64,000 nt of DNA, from the NCBI GenBank assembly GCA_947450475.1, contig CANFVK010000005.1:95763-159762 (forward strand). Direction: 5' to 3'. Under the pieces are notes generated by a model. That model ran no database searches. It was not told where the DNA came from and worked only from the letters and a program-made list of their open reading frames with translations. Position numbers and translations under genes: made by a program. Below, in pieces: positions 20,330 through 29,425 of the stretch (position 1 is its first letter; the number at the start of each line of letters is the position of its first letter). The stretch comes from Bacteriovoracaceae bacterium. Lineage in GTDB: Bacteria; Bdellovibrionota; Bacteriovoracia; Bacteriovoracales; Bacteriovoracaceae.

Positions 20330-22489
20330 TTATACTGTAGTGAAAATTCTTTCATCGTTAGAAAATTTTAAAAGTAGTTTCTCGATTTCTGGATCGTGAT
20401 TATGAATCAAATCCAAGGCGTCTTTACGAGCTTCGTAGAGTACATCAGAGTGTAATACGATATTGGCGATTCTTTTTTGGCTGATACTTCCTGATTGATC
20501 CGTACCAAAAAGATCACCCTCTCCCCTAATTTTTAAATCTTCTTCCGCAATTTTGAAGCCATCTGTGTTGGATTCGATGACTTTTAGTCTTTCCATACTC
20601 AAATGAGAAATGGTTTTATCATTAACTAAAAAGCAAAAGCCTGGTTTTTCTCCCCGTCCCACTCGACCGCGCAGTTGATGAAGCGAAGAAAGGCCAAAAC
20701 GTTCAGGGTTCATGATGGCCATGACCGTGGCGTTTAGGACATTGATTCCAACTTCAATTACGCTCGTGGAAACTAAAATATCTACTTGGTGATTTTTGAA
20801 GGCATGAAACATTTGAGCTTTTTCATCTGATTTCATTTGTCCATGTAGACCTTCAACTTTATGTTCAGGAAAATAACTTTTAAATTTTTGTAAAACATCA
20901 TTGAGATTATGAAAATCCTGTTCAACTTCAGCGCTTTCGTTGATGGCCGCAACTACAACGTAAATCTGTTCGCGTAAAGAAAGTCTGGTCTTAATAAAGT
21001 TGAGAAACTGAGGATAGGTTTCTTCTGTCACTATTCTGGTTTTATGGCCTTTGCGTCCGGCCGGCATTACCTTGATGGTGGAAATATCCAAGTCGCCATA
21101 TTGGGTGAGACTTAAAGATCGAGGAATGGGAGTAGCCGACATAATTAAGCAATGAGAACCCTCCGTTTTACTGGTCAAACGGATGCGTTGGTCTACTCCA
21201 AACTTGTGTTGTTCATCGATTATGGCGAGACCTAATTCTTTAAATTGAACATTGTCTTGAATTAAGGAATGTGTCCCAATAATAAATTGGATATTGCCAT
21301 CAAGTAATTCTTGGTAAATAACTTTTCTTTCCTTAGCAGAGGTAGAACCCAATAGAAGTTTTATTTTAAATTCTTTTTGATCAAAAAGATCGAGCGTACT
21401 TACAAAATGCTGTATAGCTAAAGCCTCTGTTGGACACATAAGAGCCACTTGAGCCCCATTGTTCATCACGATCATGGCCGCCAGCATGGCAATGGTAGTT
21501 TTACCACAACCAACATCGCCTTGAACCAATCTCATCATGGGATGATCTCCTTGAAGATCTCGTCGAACATCAATCATCGTGGCATTTTGATCCGGTGTTA
21601 ATCTGTACGGATAGTGGGTGCAAAATTTGGCAAAGAGTTCATTGGAAGATTTATAACTTTTGGCTTTTGGTTTTTTAAAATATTGTCTTCGCAAGTAGAT
21701 CTTGATTTGATCTTCGAAAAATTCTTCGTAAATCAGACGATTTTCTGCTTGAGCTTCTAGCTGTGGAGTGGGTTTTGTTTTTGCATGGATCACTTTAAAT
21801 GATTCACTCAAGGAAAGGAACTGCTTACGGTTTAAAATGGCTTGAGGCAGAGTTTCAGGGATCGAGCTCCATAGAGATGTTGGAATGCGGTCAATGATTT
21901 TTTTTATTTGAACACCGGGGATGGTATTAACGGTAGGATATTGAATTTTTAATTCATTGGCTACGGTAACAAAAGGGGATTGGTCATCAGGGGATTCAAG
22001 TTGAAAAAAATCAGGGTTTGCAAATTGTATTTGACCATTAAATAGACTGGCTTCGCCCATGAATTCAATATAGGTCGCTTTTGATATTTTTTGTGTGACA
22101 GAGTTATAGGAGTTAAACCATTTAAGAGAAATTATTTTTTCGGAAAGAGTATCTTGCACATGAACACTAATATTATATAGCATGGCCCGAGCTTTTCCCC
22201 GCACTCTAAAATTCGGTTTAGATTGGACATTGAGCACTTTAGCCCTGCCAATAAAAATGCGACTTTCTTCTATATGTTCAAAGCTGCGCAGAGGTGGAAG
22301 CTCGATAATTCTCAAAGGGAAAATCCACAAGAGGTCTCGAAGTTCTTTGATGCCAGCAATTTTAAGTTTATCTACTGTTTTGGTTGAAGCTTTGCCCAGC
22401 ATTGACTCGAGCGGGGAAGACCAATCCAAATTGGTGGATTTGGTTTTTTTAGTCGATGAATTCAAATGATTCAATCTCATATTCAACAT
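20330..22489 (-). CDS. recG: ATP-dependent DNA helicase RecG
   Basis: Walker A GDVGCGKT, DEQH box, SATPIPR, and QLRGRVGRG motif VI. The exact start is uncertain (M1 or M4). Confidence 0.93.
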   Translation of the reverse strand: MLNMRLNHLNSSTKKTKSTNLDWSSPLESMLGKASTKTVDKLKIAGIKELRDLLWIFPLRIIELPPLRSFEHIEESRIFIGRAKVLNVQSKPNFRVRGKARAMLYNISVHVQDTLSEKIISLKWFNSYNSVTQKISKATYIEFMGEASLFNGQIQFANPDFFQLESPDDQSPFVTVANELKIQYPTVNTIPGVQIKKIIDRIPTSLWSSIPETLPQAILNRKQFLSLSESFKVIHAKTKPTPQLEAQAENRLIYEEFFEDQIKIYLRRQYFKKPKAKSYKSSNELFAKFCTHYPYRLTPDQNATMIDVRRDLQGDHPMMRLVQGDVGCGKTTIAMLAAMIVMNNGAQVALMCPTEALAIQHFVSTLDLFDQKEFKIKLLLGSTSAKERKVIYQELLDGNIQFIIGTHSLIQDNVQFKELGLAIIDEQHKFGVDQRIRLTSKTEGSHCLIMSATPIPRSLSLTQYGDLDISTIKVMPAGRKGHKTRIVTEETYPQFLNFIKTRLSLREQIYVVVAAINESAEVEQDFHNLNDVLQKFKSYFPEHKVEGLHGQMKSDEKAQMFHAFKNHQVDILVSTSVIEVGINVLNATVMAIMNPERFGLSSLHQLRGRVGRGEKPGFCFLVNDKTISHLSMERLKVIESNTDGFKIAEEDLKIRGEGDLFGTDQSGSISQKRIANIVLHSDVLYEARKDALDLIHNHDPEIEKLLLKFSNDERIFTTV

Positions 22490-22925
22490 CGCCCTTTGGA
22501 GCTTTTACCACTATAGTATCGCCCTCTTCTTTGCCAATGAGAGCACGACCAAGCGGAGAACTGTATGAAATTTTGTTTTCATTGAAATTAGCTTCGTCAT
22601 CCCCAACAATTTTATATGTGTGATTGACACCTTTTTCCGCATCATTGAGAGTGACAGTTGCGCCAAAAATAATTTTACTACTTTTGATTTTTGAAACTTC
22701 AATTACTCGCGAGCGCGCTAAAACTCCTTGGAGTTGAGCGATTTTTCCCTCAATTATGGATTGGCGTTCTTTGGCGGCATGATACTCAGCATTTTCTTTT
22801 AGATCGCCCAGCTCCCTGGCTTCAGATATGGCTATCTTAATTTCTTCTCTTTCAATTTTAATTAATTGATTGAGTTCAGCTTCAATTTTATTTTTACCTG
22901 ATAATGTTATTGGCACTTCACTCAT
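22449..22925 (-). CDS. greA: Transcription elongation factor GreA
   Basis: 158 aa. GDLKENAEYHAAKE coiled-coil motif and a C-terminal FKBP-like domain. Confidence 0.93.
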   Translation of the reverse strand: MSEVPITLSGKNKIEAELNQLIKIEREEIKIAISEARELGDLKENAEYHAAKERQSIIEGKIAQLQGVLARSRVIEVSKIKSSKIIFGATVTLNDAEKGVNHTYKIVGDDEANFNENKISYSSPLGRALIGKEEGDTIVVKAPKGDVEYEIESFEFID

Positions 22926-22936
22926 AGAAAATCCTT

Positions 22937-23257
22937 TTATTTTTTAAACAAGGCGTCTGCCGATTTTAGTAATTCATCTTTTGTGGGTCCACTCGACTGT
23001 GCACCTTTCAAAGAAAAATAATCGCAGAAATTTGCTTTTTCTTTATCAACGACTCGATCGGCATTGTTTTCAATGCATTCATTGTAAACCCTAGGGTCGA
23101 AGAATTTACACATCTTACAACAGTGCAGGCTCTTTGAGCAATAGGGGCAATCTTCCGTTCGCATTACCTTGAAGGCACCAATAACAGGAATATTTTTCAA
23201 ACAAAAATAGCAAGCAAAGCTTGTGGGATTTTCTGGTGTCATGGTTAAAAACTCCAA
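22937..23257 (-). CDS. Small cysteine-rich (zinc-ribbon-like) protein
   Basis: CYFC...CPYC...CCKMC...C...C pattern. Lies directly upstream of greA. Confidence 0.5.
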   Translation of the reverse strand: MEFLTMTPENPTSFACYFCLKNIPVIGAFKVMRTEDCPYCSKSLHCCKMCKFFDPRVYNECIENNADRVVDKEKANFCDYFSLKGAQSSGPTKDELLKSADALFKK

Positions 23258-23754
23258 ACTTTATTAAAGCCTACGTTAAAAGCAGGAAAAACAATGTTTC
23301 CCTGGAGATTACTCTCAGTATTAAAAAAGATTTTAGGTAAATTTCTTTTGTTATATTCTTCCACGGCCTTGGTGAGATTGACTTCGTTGGTCACTTCTAA
23401 TGTTCTGGCAACCAAAAAGTTGACTAGGATGGTTGCCGCCCCAGTTACAAAATAGGTTTGTCGACTGGGGGATTTAGAAGAAAAAAATCCTAAGAGCAAT
23501 AACCCGGTACCGGCCGTTCCCAAAATTGCGCTAGGCAATTTGATAGAAGAGTTTTTTTGATAGGTATTAAGATACTCCCTAGCGATAGGATCTTTTTCCA
23601 GCTGATAGCGAAGGCCTTCCCCCTTGTCTGTGGCATTGGAGTCGACCAGCACTTCCTGAAAATTGATGATTGCAATTCGACTACAGGTTTCCACCGAGCC
23701 AGCTTCGGAGCATATCAAGAGCAATGAAAATAAGAATAAACAAAAATTTCGCAA
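23245..23754 (-). CDS. Hypothetical exported/membrane protein
   Basis: Signal peptide plus two internal hydrophobic segments. No family recognised. Confidence 0.45.
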   Translation of the reverse strand: MRNFCLFLFSLLLICSEAGSVETCSRIAIINFQEVLVDSNATDKGEGLRYQLEKDPIAREYLNTYQKNSSIKLPSAILGTAGTGLLLLGFFSSKSPSRQTYFVTGAATILVNFLVARTLEVTNEVNLTKAVEEYNKRNLPKIFFNTESNLQGNIVFPAFNVGFNKVWSF

Positions 23755-23818
23755 TTAAACCTCAATTAATTTATTTTTTGATTATAATATAGGGATATCC
23801 CATTCAAAAGGTTTTTTC

Positions 23819-25546
23819 ATGGATTTGATTAGAGCTGGCCTGGGCCTTAGTAAAACAATACGCAACGTCACTCGGCTTCAAGAAATTGTCCTAGTCTTCG
23901 CAAGACATGGTTTTGACGAATTTATAACTAATAACGTTACAGCGAAGATACCCAATTTTGTACTTCCAAAATCTAAAAAGCGCATTACCGAGGAATTAAG
24001 AAATTCTTCGGAAAAAGATTGGAACCAGATTTTAGGATTTAGACTCAGAAAATGTTTTGAAGAATTGGGTCCAGCCTTTATTAAGTTCGGACAATTATTG
24101 AGTTCTAGAGAAGATCTTTTTCATCCTTCTTTTATAGAAGAAATGAAGATGCTCAGAGACAAGGTTAAGCCCGTAGCATTTATTGAAGTACTTCCATTGA
24201 TTGAACAATCTTTAGGTAAAAAATTAAACCAGGTATTTTTAGAAGTTGATCCCAATTCGATAGGGACGGCTTCTATTGGAGTGGTGTATCGCGCTGTCCT
24301 TCTGGATGGAACTCCCGTCGTCATAAAAGTAAGACGACCCGGAATTGAAAAAGAAATAGAAACAGATTTTTCAATTCTAATGTTTTTGGCCACGCAAGCA
24401 GAAAGAGTTAGTGCTGAACTTCGATACTTAGGAATTTCTCGAGTGATCAACGATTTTTCTTTTACACTTCAGCGCGAACTAAATTTTAATATTGAAGCAC
24501 TCAATTGCGAGCGTTTAAAAAAGAATCTTGAGAAGCATGACGAGAAAAAAATTTATTACATCCCAAAAGTTTTCAAAGAATTATCTAGTGAAGACATCCT
24601 TATTATTGAAGAGCTTAAAGGCATTCCTTTTAGTCAGTCAGAGCTTATTTTGCAAAAGAAAGAAGATATCGTCCCTAAAATGGAATACGGTGTTCAGCTT
24701 TTCTTAAAAACATTTTTAAAAGATGGTTTTTTCCACGCCGATCTTCACGGAGGGAATTTCTTTTATCTAGAAGATGAACTTCATAAGGGAAAAATAGGTT
24801 TAATTGATTTTGGCCTAATGGGAAGTTTGAGCAAAAATGGAAGGCATCATTTCATTGCCATTATTTATGCAATTCTCTCCTATAATTATGAAAATTTAGT
24901 GTATGAATTTTTAGATGTTGCAGAATATGACAATATACCGGATATCGAAGGTCTAGTTAGAGATGTTCGAGATGGCCTCAGCCCTTTCGTCGGTCTCTCC
25001 GTCAAGCAAACCAATTTCTCCGAATTACTAATGGTCGTCATTAATACACTTAAAAAGCATCAAATATATCTTCCCCGAGAATGGTATATTGTATTCAGAG
25101 CACTTATTACTATAGATGGAGTTGGAAAATCTCTGGGGGTTGATTTAAATATTTTCGGCATTTTAGAAAATGACATAAATGACATTGTTCAAAGCACATT
25201 TAATAAAGATGAACTTATCGAAGACGCGGTTTGGGTGGCCCGAGATTTATCATCCTCGATGCGCATATTGCCTCGACATGTTCGTTGGTTCCTTCGAGAC
25301 TTTGCTAGCAAAGGCTATGCCTTAGAAATAAAAAACTCAGGTTATGAAAGAGAGTTCAGTGCTTTGGTCGGCGCCTTGATTTTTTTAAGTTTTAGCACCA
25401 TTGCCGCTATCTTTGTCTTTTCCGGCGTTTTCATAATGGCGGGACGGATGATTCATTATTGGGGAGATATTCCGACCATGAGCTGGATTCTTTGGAGTAT
25501 TGGACTGTTACTGTTTGCCTCTGGAATTGGCTCTTTAAAGAAATAG
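23819..25546 (+). CDS. ubiB: ABC1/UbiB-family atypical kinase
   Basis: LGPAFIKFGQLLSSREDL, ASIGVVYRA, HADLHGGN and a C-terminal TM pair. Confidence 0.85.
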   Translation: MDLIRAGLGLSKTIRNVTRLQEIVLVFARHGFDEFITNNVTAKIPNFVLPKSKKRITEELRNSSEKDWNQILGFRLRKCFEELGPAFIKFGQLLSSREDLFHPSFIEEMKMLRDKVKPVAFIEVLPLIEQSLGKKLNQVFLEVDPNSIGTASIGVVYRAVLLDGTPVVIKVRRPGIEKEIETDFSILMFLATQAERVSAELRYLGISRVINDFSFTLQRELNFNIEALNCERLKKNLEKHDEKKIYYIPKVFKELSSEDILIIEELKGIPFSQSELILQKKEDIVPKMEYGVQLFLKTFLKDGFFHADLHGGNFFYLEDELHKGKIGLIDFGLMGSLSKNGRHHFIAIIYAILSYNYENLVYEFLDVAEYDNIPDIEGLVRDVRDGLSPFVGLSVKQTNFSELLMVVINTLKKHQIYLPREWYIVFRALITIDGVGKSLGVDLNIFGILENDINDIVQSTFNKDELIEDAVWVARDLSSSMRILPRHVRWFLRDFASKGYALEIKNSGYEREFSALVGALIFLSFSTIAAIFVFSGVFIMAGRMIHYWGDIPTMSWILWSIGLLLFASGIGSLKK

Positions 25547-25711
25547 AAGACTTGGGTCAAGTGCCCACAAATTTAGTCGGTGGCGCAGGAGAAAAAGTCC
25601 GGCATCCTAGGAATCATTTCAAGTTGTTATTGGAAAAAAAGGGCTTATTGTTTACCAAAATCCGTTAAGCACATAAAATTATATCATTAAGGCAGTTTTG
25701 AAGAGGTACGT

Positions 25712-28700
25712 ATGTTAAAAATACTCATTTTGTTATCACTTACTTTTAATTTGGCGTTTGCCAAGTCGCGCTTTACGGAAGAAGACCGTCGCAAATTCAT
25801 GGAGGAAGTAAAGCAAGGTATTGCCGCCCACAAGGTAGACAATAAAGGTAATGTTGATTTTCAAATTATAAAGCCTACCCTCTACGAAGAGTTGGACATT
25901 TATTATAAGCAACAAAAATTTACCCGCGAAGAAGTTGTTAAAATGAAGCAGGATTATGAGGGTTTTATTAAAAAATCGTCGAACCTTTTTAGTGGAGATG
26001 AAAAAGAAAAAGCCTTCATTTCTTTTATTGAGCAAGATTTAAATGAAATCAATCAATCCGAAGTTGCAAAAATAAAAGAAGGTGAAGTCTGCAATAATTG
26101 GGGCTGTGAAGAAGGTCTAAAGTGTGCTCCTGATCCAGTACAGGTCGATGGTAAATCGTGTTTAAAAATGGGCAAAGAGTGTCGTGATGATAAGGATTGC
26201 TGCTCCTCTTCCTGTACTATGGATACAAAAAAGCAAAAGAGATTTTGCGAAGAAGTCTATCGTTGCTTTAAGCCTCTTGATTTGGGTGAATCATGTATGA
26301 CTAACCCTGTTTGTGGAGAAGGCGATTGCTTGCCTTATAATTCTAAAACTTCTGGAATTGGTGAGTGCGAGGATAACAAACATTCTTGTAAAAAAAATAG
26401 CGATTGCTGCTCTAATTCGTGCGTTGAAAAAAAATGCTCAATCTCTTTCATCTGTAAAGATTGTGTAAAAAACGGCAGTAAACCTCAAAGAGGACAAACG
26501 TGTTGCGAGGGGCTTTATCAAGATCAATCTGGACGCTGCGTTCCTGATATGCCTCCAATCGTTCCACCACAGGTAAAAAATGACAAAGTCTCTGATAAAA
26601 TAGTTGCGACCCTGGCTTCTCTTTTGTTGAATTCGGCCCATGCAGATGAAGCCTATGACGAAGTTAATTCGGATCGTGACAAATACTCCAATTATCAAGC
26701 GACCTCATCAACACCAGATGCGGTAAAGGTTAAATCTGCTAATTTTACTTTGACCAGAAAATCAGACTTCAATACTTGTGACGTAAAATTTAGAGATGAC
26801 TTCCTTCAGTACTTGCAACAAGAAAAATTACTTGATTTAGAGCTGGCGATGATTTCTTTTAACTTTGTCTTTCTCGGGGATGGAGTTAACGATTATTGGA
26901 AACTGACATCGGATGAAAACTCTTCAATTTATGGCAGGCTTAAGGCGATTGCTCAGAGACAGCAACAAATGCGTGAAGCTGATAACGCTAAAATGCAAAC
27001 TATTAACCATAAACTTACTTGTATGTGTCTTGATGCTCAGGGTTTTCAAAACATAAAAGATGAAACCAAAAAGAAATTTTTCATGGAAGAATGTGAGGAA
27101 TATAAAACAGCTCTTGCTGGAGCTGTTTGTTACAAATCAGTTCCATGCGATACGGCGTCTGCTGGAACGCCAGTGTGTAACAATGGTCGGATGTTAACAA
27201 CGAATGGTTGTCTTTTGGGTGAGAGTGATTGCGTGTGTACTCAAAGTCAAATTCAAAGTATTCAAAAAGAAACAGCTTCTGGGATAAAAGGTAAACGCTT
27301 AATCGTAACTTTTACTTCAAAGTTAACTGAGTTTAATCAAGCTCTGACTGTCGATCATACGGAAACATACAATGCTATCAGTAAGGTTGGAGCTTATACC
27401 AATCAAGCCAATTGGAATGATACTAGTACTAAAACTTATTCATTATTTAATTTTAGCTTAAAAAATCCAAGCGGAAGTGTCGCTGCCATGGGAGCCATCC
27501 TTGGTGCACTATTAGCTGCAGGGGTTATTGCCGTTTTAGGTGGCTTTGCTACAACGTCGATGCTTTCAGCATGGGCCGCAGCTGGAATCATTGCAACTTC
27601 GGCCGCAACCGGGGGAACTGGATTGTGGTTGATAGCATCTTTAAAAGGAGCTTGGATTTCTAAGAGACCTGTGGTTTATGACAACATGATAAGCCAGTAT
27701 GGTTGTGGAAAAAAAGAAACATGCCAAGATTGGAGCCGCAAATTAACTCAGCCATATAACAATATTTGTAATGTTCACGCTTCGGCCAATGCTTGTGTGA
27801 AGAATTTTGTGGTGTGGAATGATGAAGCTACCGGTGAGCCTCGCTATGTAGTCGATCCTTGGGTTCCATGGGGAGTGCCTAAAGCTGAACTCCTAAGAGA
27901 TACTGGAGGAGTACGCAATTACGCTGAGAAATTAGAAGATGGATTCCAAGAAGCAAAAGATGCCATGATAGCTAAAAACCCAGGGGCCACCGGTGGCGGT
28001 GGTAAAGATGGTGGTGGAGCATTTGTATCTGAAGATTATATGCGCCAACTTTTTATCGACTCTGATGTGCTTGGGCATTATGCTCCCAAAATAGGAACAG
28101 ATGAAAATCAATACTTACTTACTTCAGATGTTGTAGAAAAAATTAAGACTCAAGCTGGTAAATTCCTAATTCTTTCTCAATTAGTTGAAAGACACGTAAT
28201 TGCATCGCCAACAAAAGATATGCAAACTTCTCGTTACTGCGTTAAGGATACGGATCAATCGATTTACTGTTCAGATGATAAGGACAATATTGATAAGTTT
28301 GCCGATTATGCGTATGAATTTCACTTTAAATGGCCAAAAACATCTCGCTTAAAAGAAATAAGTTATCCAACTGTTGCGCTCTCAACTTATTTAGATCTCA
28401 TGTCAAATGGTGTTGTGTTCTCAATGGCTTCTGGTGCTACTAAAGCCGCAAATACTTTTGGTCTGTTGAATGCTCAGTATCTCGACGATTATTTGAAAAC
28501 GTTGGACCTCTATAAGAGTAATACGGTTGACTGTGCCGCTGGACAAACCTGTACGGGGACATCGAAAACGATTAGTACCGATGCAGATAAAGTTAAAGCA
28601 GATCTTGATGCTCAGAAATTAACAAATGCCTTGGCCGGAAATGGCACTCTAGATGCCCAGTTATTAAACTTAAATCCGAACACATTAAGTGGAGCGGCTA

Positions 28701-29425
28701 AACAAGCGGGAATCAACGGAGGAAATTTATCATCAGGACAATCTGCTTTCTTGAATGCCATCGGCTCGCTAAGAAAAGCTCGAAAAGATCAGCTTAAAAA
28801 ATTAGATTTTTTCAATAAAGCCATGGCTTCTAAAGGAAAATCAAATGCTGATCGCACTGCCAAGATGGCGGCAGTCTCTAAAAAATTCTCTAATGCTTTC
28901 ATCAAGCCTTTAAGTGGTGGGCGTGGCGGTTCATCATCTGGATCAAGCCTCTTTGGTTCTGGTGGAGCAGATGGACTGAGCTCTGATGCCAACGGTAAAG
29001 ATAAAAATGGTAGCGGTGGTGATGGAAGTGGAAAAAATGGGGCGGGCAGTGGATATGGAGCTTACGGTATAGGGTCGCTAGGGAATGGGACCTATGGTAA
29101 CGGTGGAGACGGTTCAGGTGCAAATGCTTACGGAGCTGGCGGCGATGGAAGTGGAAACGGCTATGGTAAAAACGGCAAAGGTGGTACTGGCAGTGGAGAT
29201 ACAGGTGCCAACTTAAATGCTCTTGGTAAAGCTAATGGTATGAGTGATGAGGATGCACGCCGATTAGCAGAAGCAATTGAAGCTCGTGATCGTGCCAACC
29301 AAGAAAAATATAAATCACAAGCCGATAAAACTTTATTTGAACAAGTTACAAACGCTTATATTAGAAATTACGACAAAGTATTAATTAAGAAAAAGACTGA
29401 CAAGGACGTCATTGAGCAAAAGTAA
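25712..29425 (+). CDS. Giant (1237 aa) exported cysteine-rich protein with an internal TM hairpin and a Gly-rich tail
   Basis: Signal peptide MLKILILLSLTFNLAFA. Cys-rich block at aa 127-276 containing two C-x6-C-x5-CC-x3-C-xn-C modules. Two hydrophobic helices at aa ~589-645. GGDGSG-type repeats near the C-terminus. Confidence 0.7.
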   Translation: MLKILILLSLTFNLAFAKSRFTEEDRRKFMEEVKQGIAAHKVDNKGNVDFQIIKPTLYEELDIYYKQQKFTREEVVKMKQDYEGFIKKSSNLFSGDEKEKAFISFIEQDLNEINQSEVAKIKEGEVCNNWGCEEGLKCAPDPVQVDGKSCLKMGKECRDDKDCCSSSCTMDTKKQKRFCEEVYRCFKPLDLGESCMTNPVCGEGDCLPYNSKTSGIGECEDNKHSCKKNSDCCSNSCVEKKCSISFICKDCVKNGSKPQRGQTCCEGLYQDQSGRCVPDMPPIVPPQVKNDKVSDKIVATLASLLLNSAHADEAYDEVNSDRDKYSNYQATSSTPDAVKVKSANFTLTRKSDFNTCDVKFRDDFLQYLQQEKLLDLELAMISFNFVFLGDGVNDYWKLTSDENSSIYGRLKAIAQRQQQMREADNAKMQTINHKLTCMCLDAQGFQNIKDETKKKFFMEECEEYKTALAGAVCYKSVPCDTASAGTPVCNNGRMLTTNGCLLGESDCVCTQSQIQSIQKETASGIKGKRLIVTFTSKLTEFNQALTVDHTETYNAISKVGAYTNQANWNDTSTKTYSLFNFSLKNPSGSVAAMGAILGALLAAGVIAVLGGFATTSMLSAWAAAGIIATSAATGGTGLWLIASLKGAWISKRPVVYDNMISQYGCGKKETCQDWSRKLTQPYNNICNVHASANACVKNFVVWNDEATGEPRYVVDPWVPWGVPKAELLRDTGGVRNYAEKLEDGFQEAKDAMIAKNPGATGGGGKDGGGAFVSEDYMRQLFIDSDVLGHYAPKIGTDENQYLLTSDVVEKIKTQAGKFLILSQLVERHVIASPTKDMQTSRYCVKDTDQSIYCSDDKDNIDKFADYAYEFHFKWPKTSRLKEISYPTVALSTYLDLMSNGVVFSMASGATKAANTFGLLNAQYLDDYLKTLDLYKSNTVDCAAGQTCTGTSKTISTDADKVKADLDAQKLTNALAGNGTLDAQLLNLNPNTLSGAAKQAGINGGNLSSGQSAFLNAIGSLRKARKDQLKKLDFFNKAMASKGKSNADRTAKMAAVSKKFSNAFIKPLSGGRGGSSSGSSLFGSGGADGLSSDANGKDKNGSGGDGSGKNGAGSGYGAYGIGSLGNGTYGNGGDGSGANAYGAGGDGSGNGYGKNGKGGTGSGDTGANLNALGKANGMSDEDARRLAEAIEARDRANQEKYKSQADKTLFEQVTNAYIRNYDKVLIKKKTDKDVIEQK

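Noticed and set aside
24121-24450. 109-aa minus-strand ORF
   Set aside because: It lies antisense inside the ubiB/ABC1 kinase gene and has no supporting signals.
25459-25668. 69-aa ORF spanning the end of ubiB and the intergenic region
   Set aside because: It overlaps the ubiB 3' end out of frame and has no RBS or motif.
28789-29123. Two minus-strand ORFs (67 and 73 aa), rich in His, Pro and Leu
   Set aside because: They are artefacts of the GGN-rich repeat that encodes the Gly-rich tail of the 1237-aa protein.
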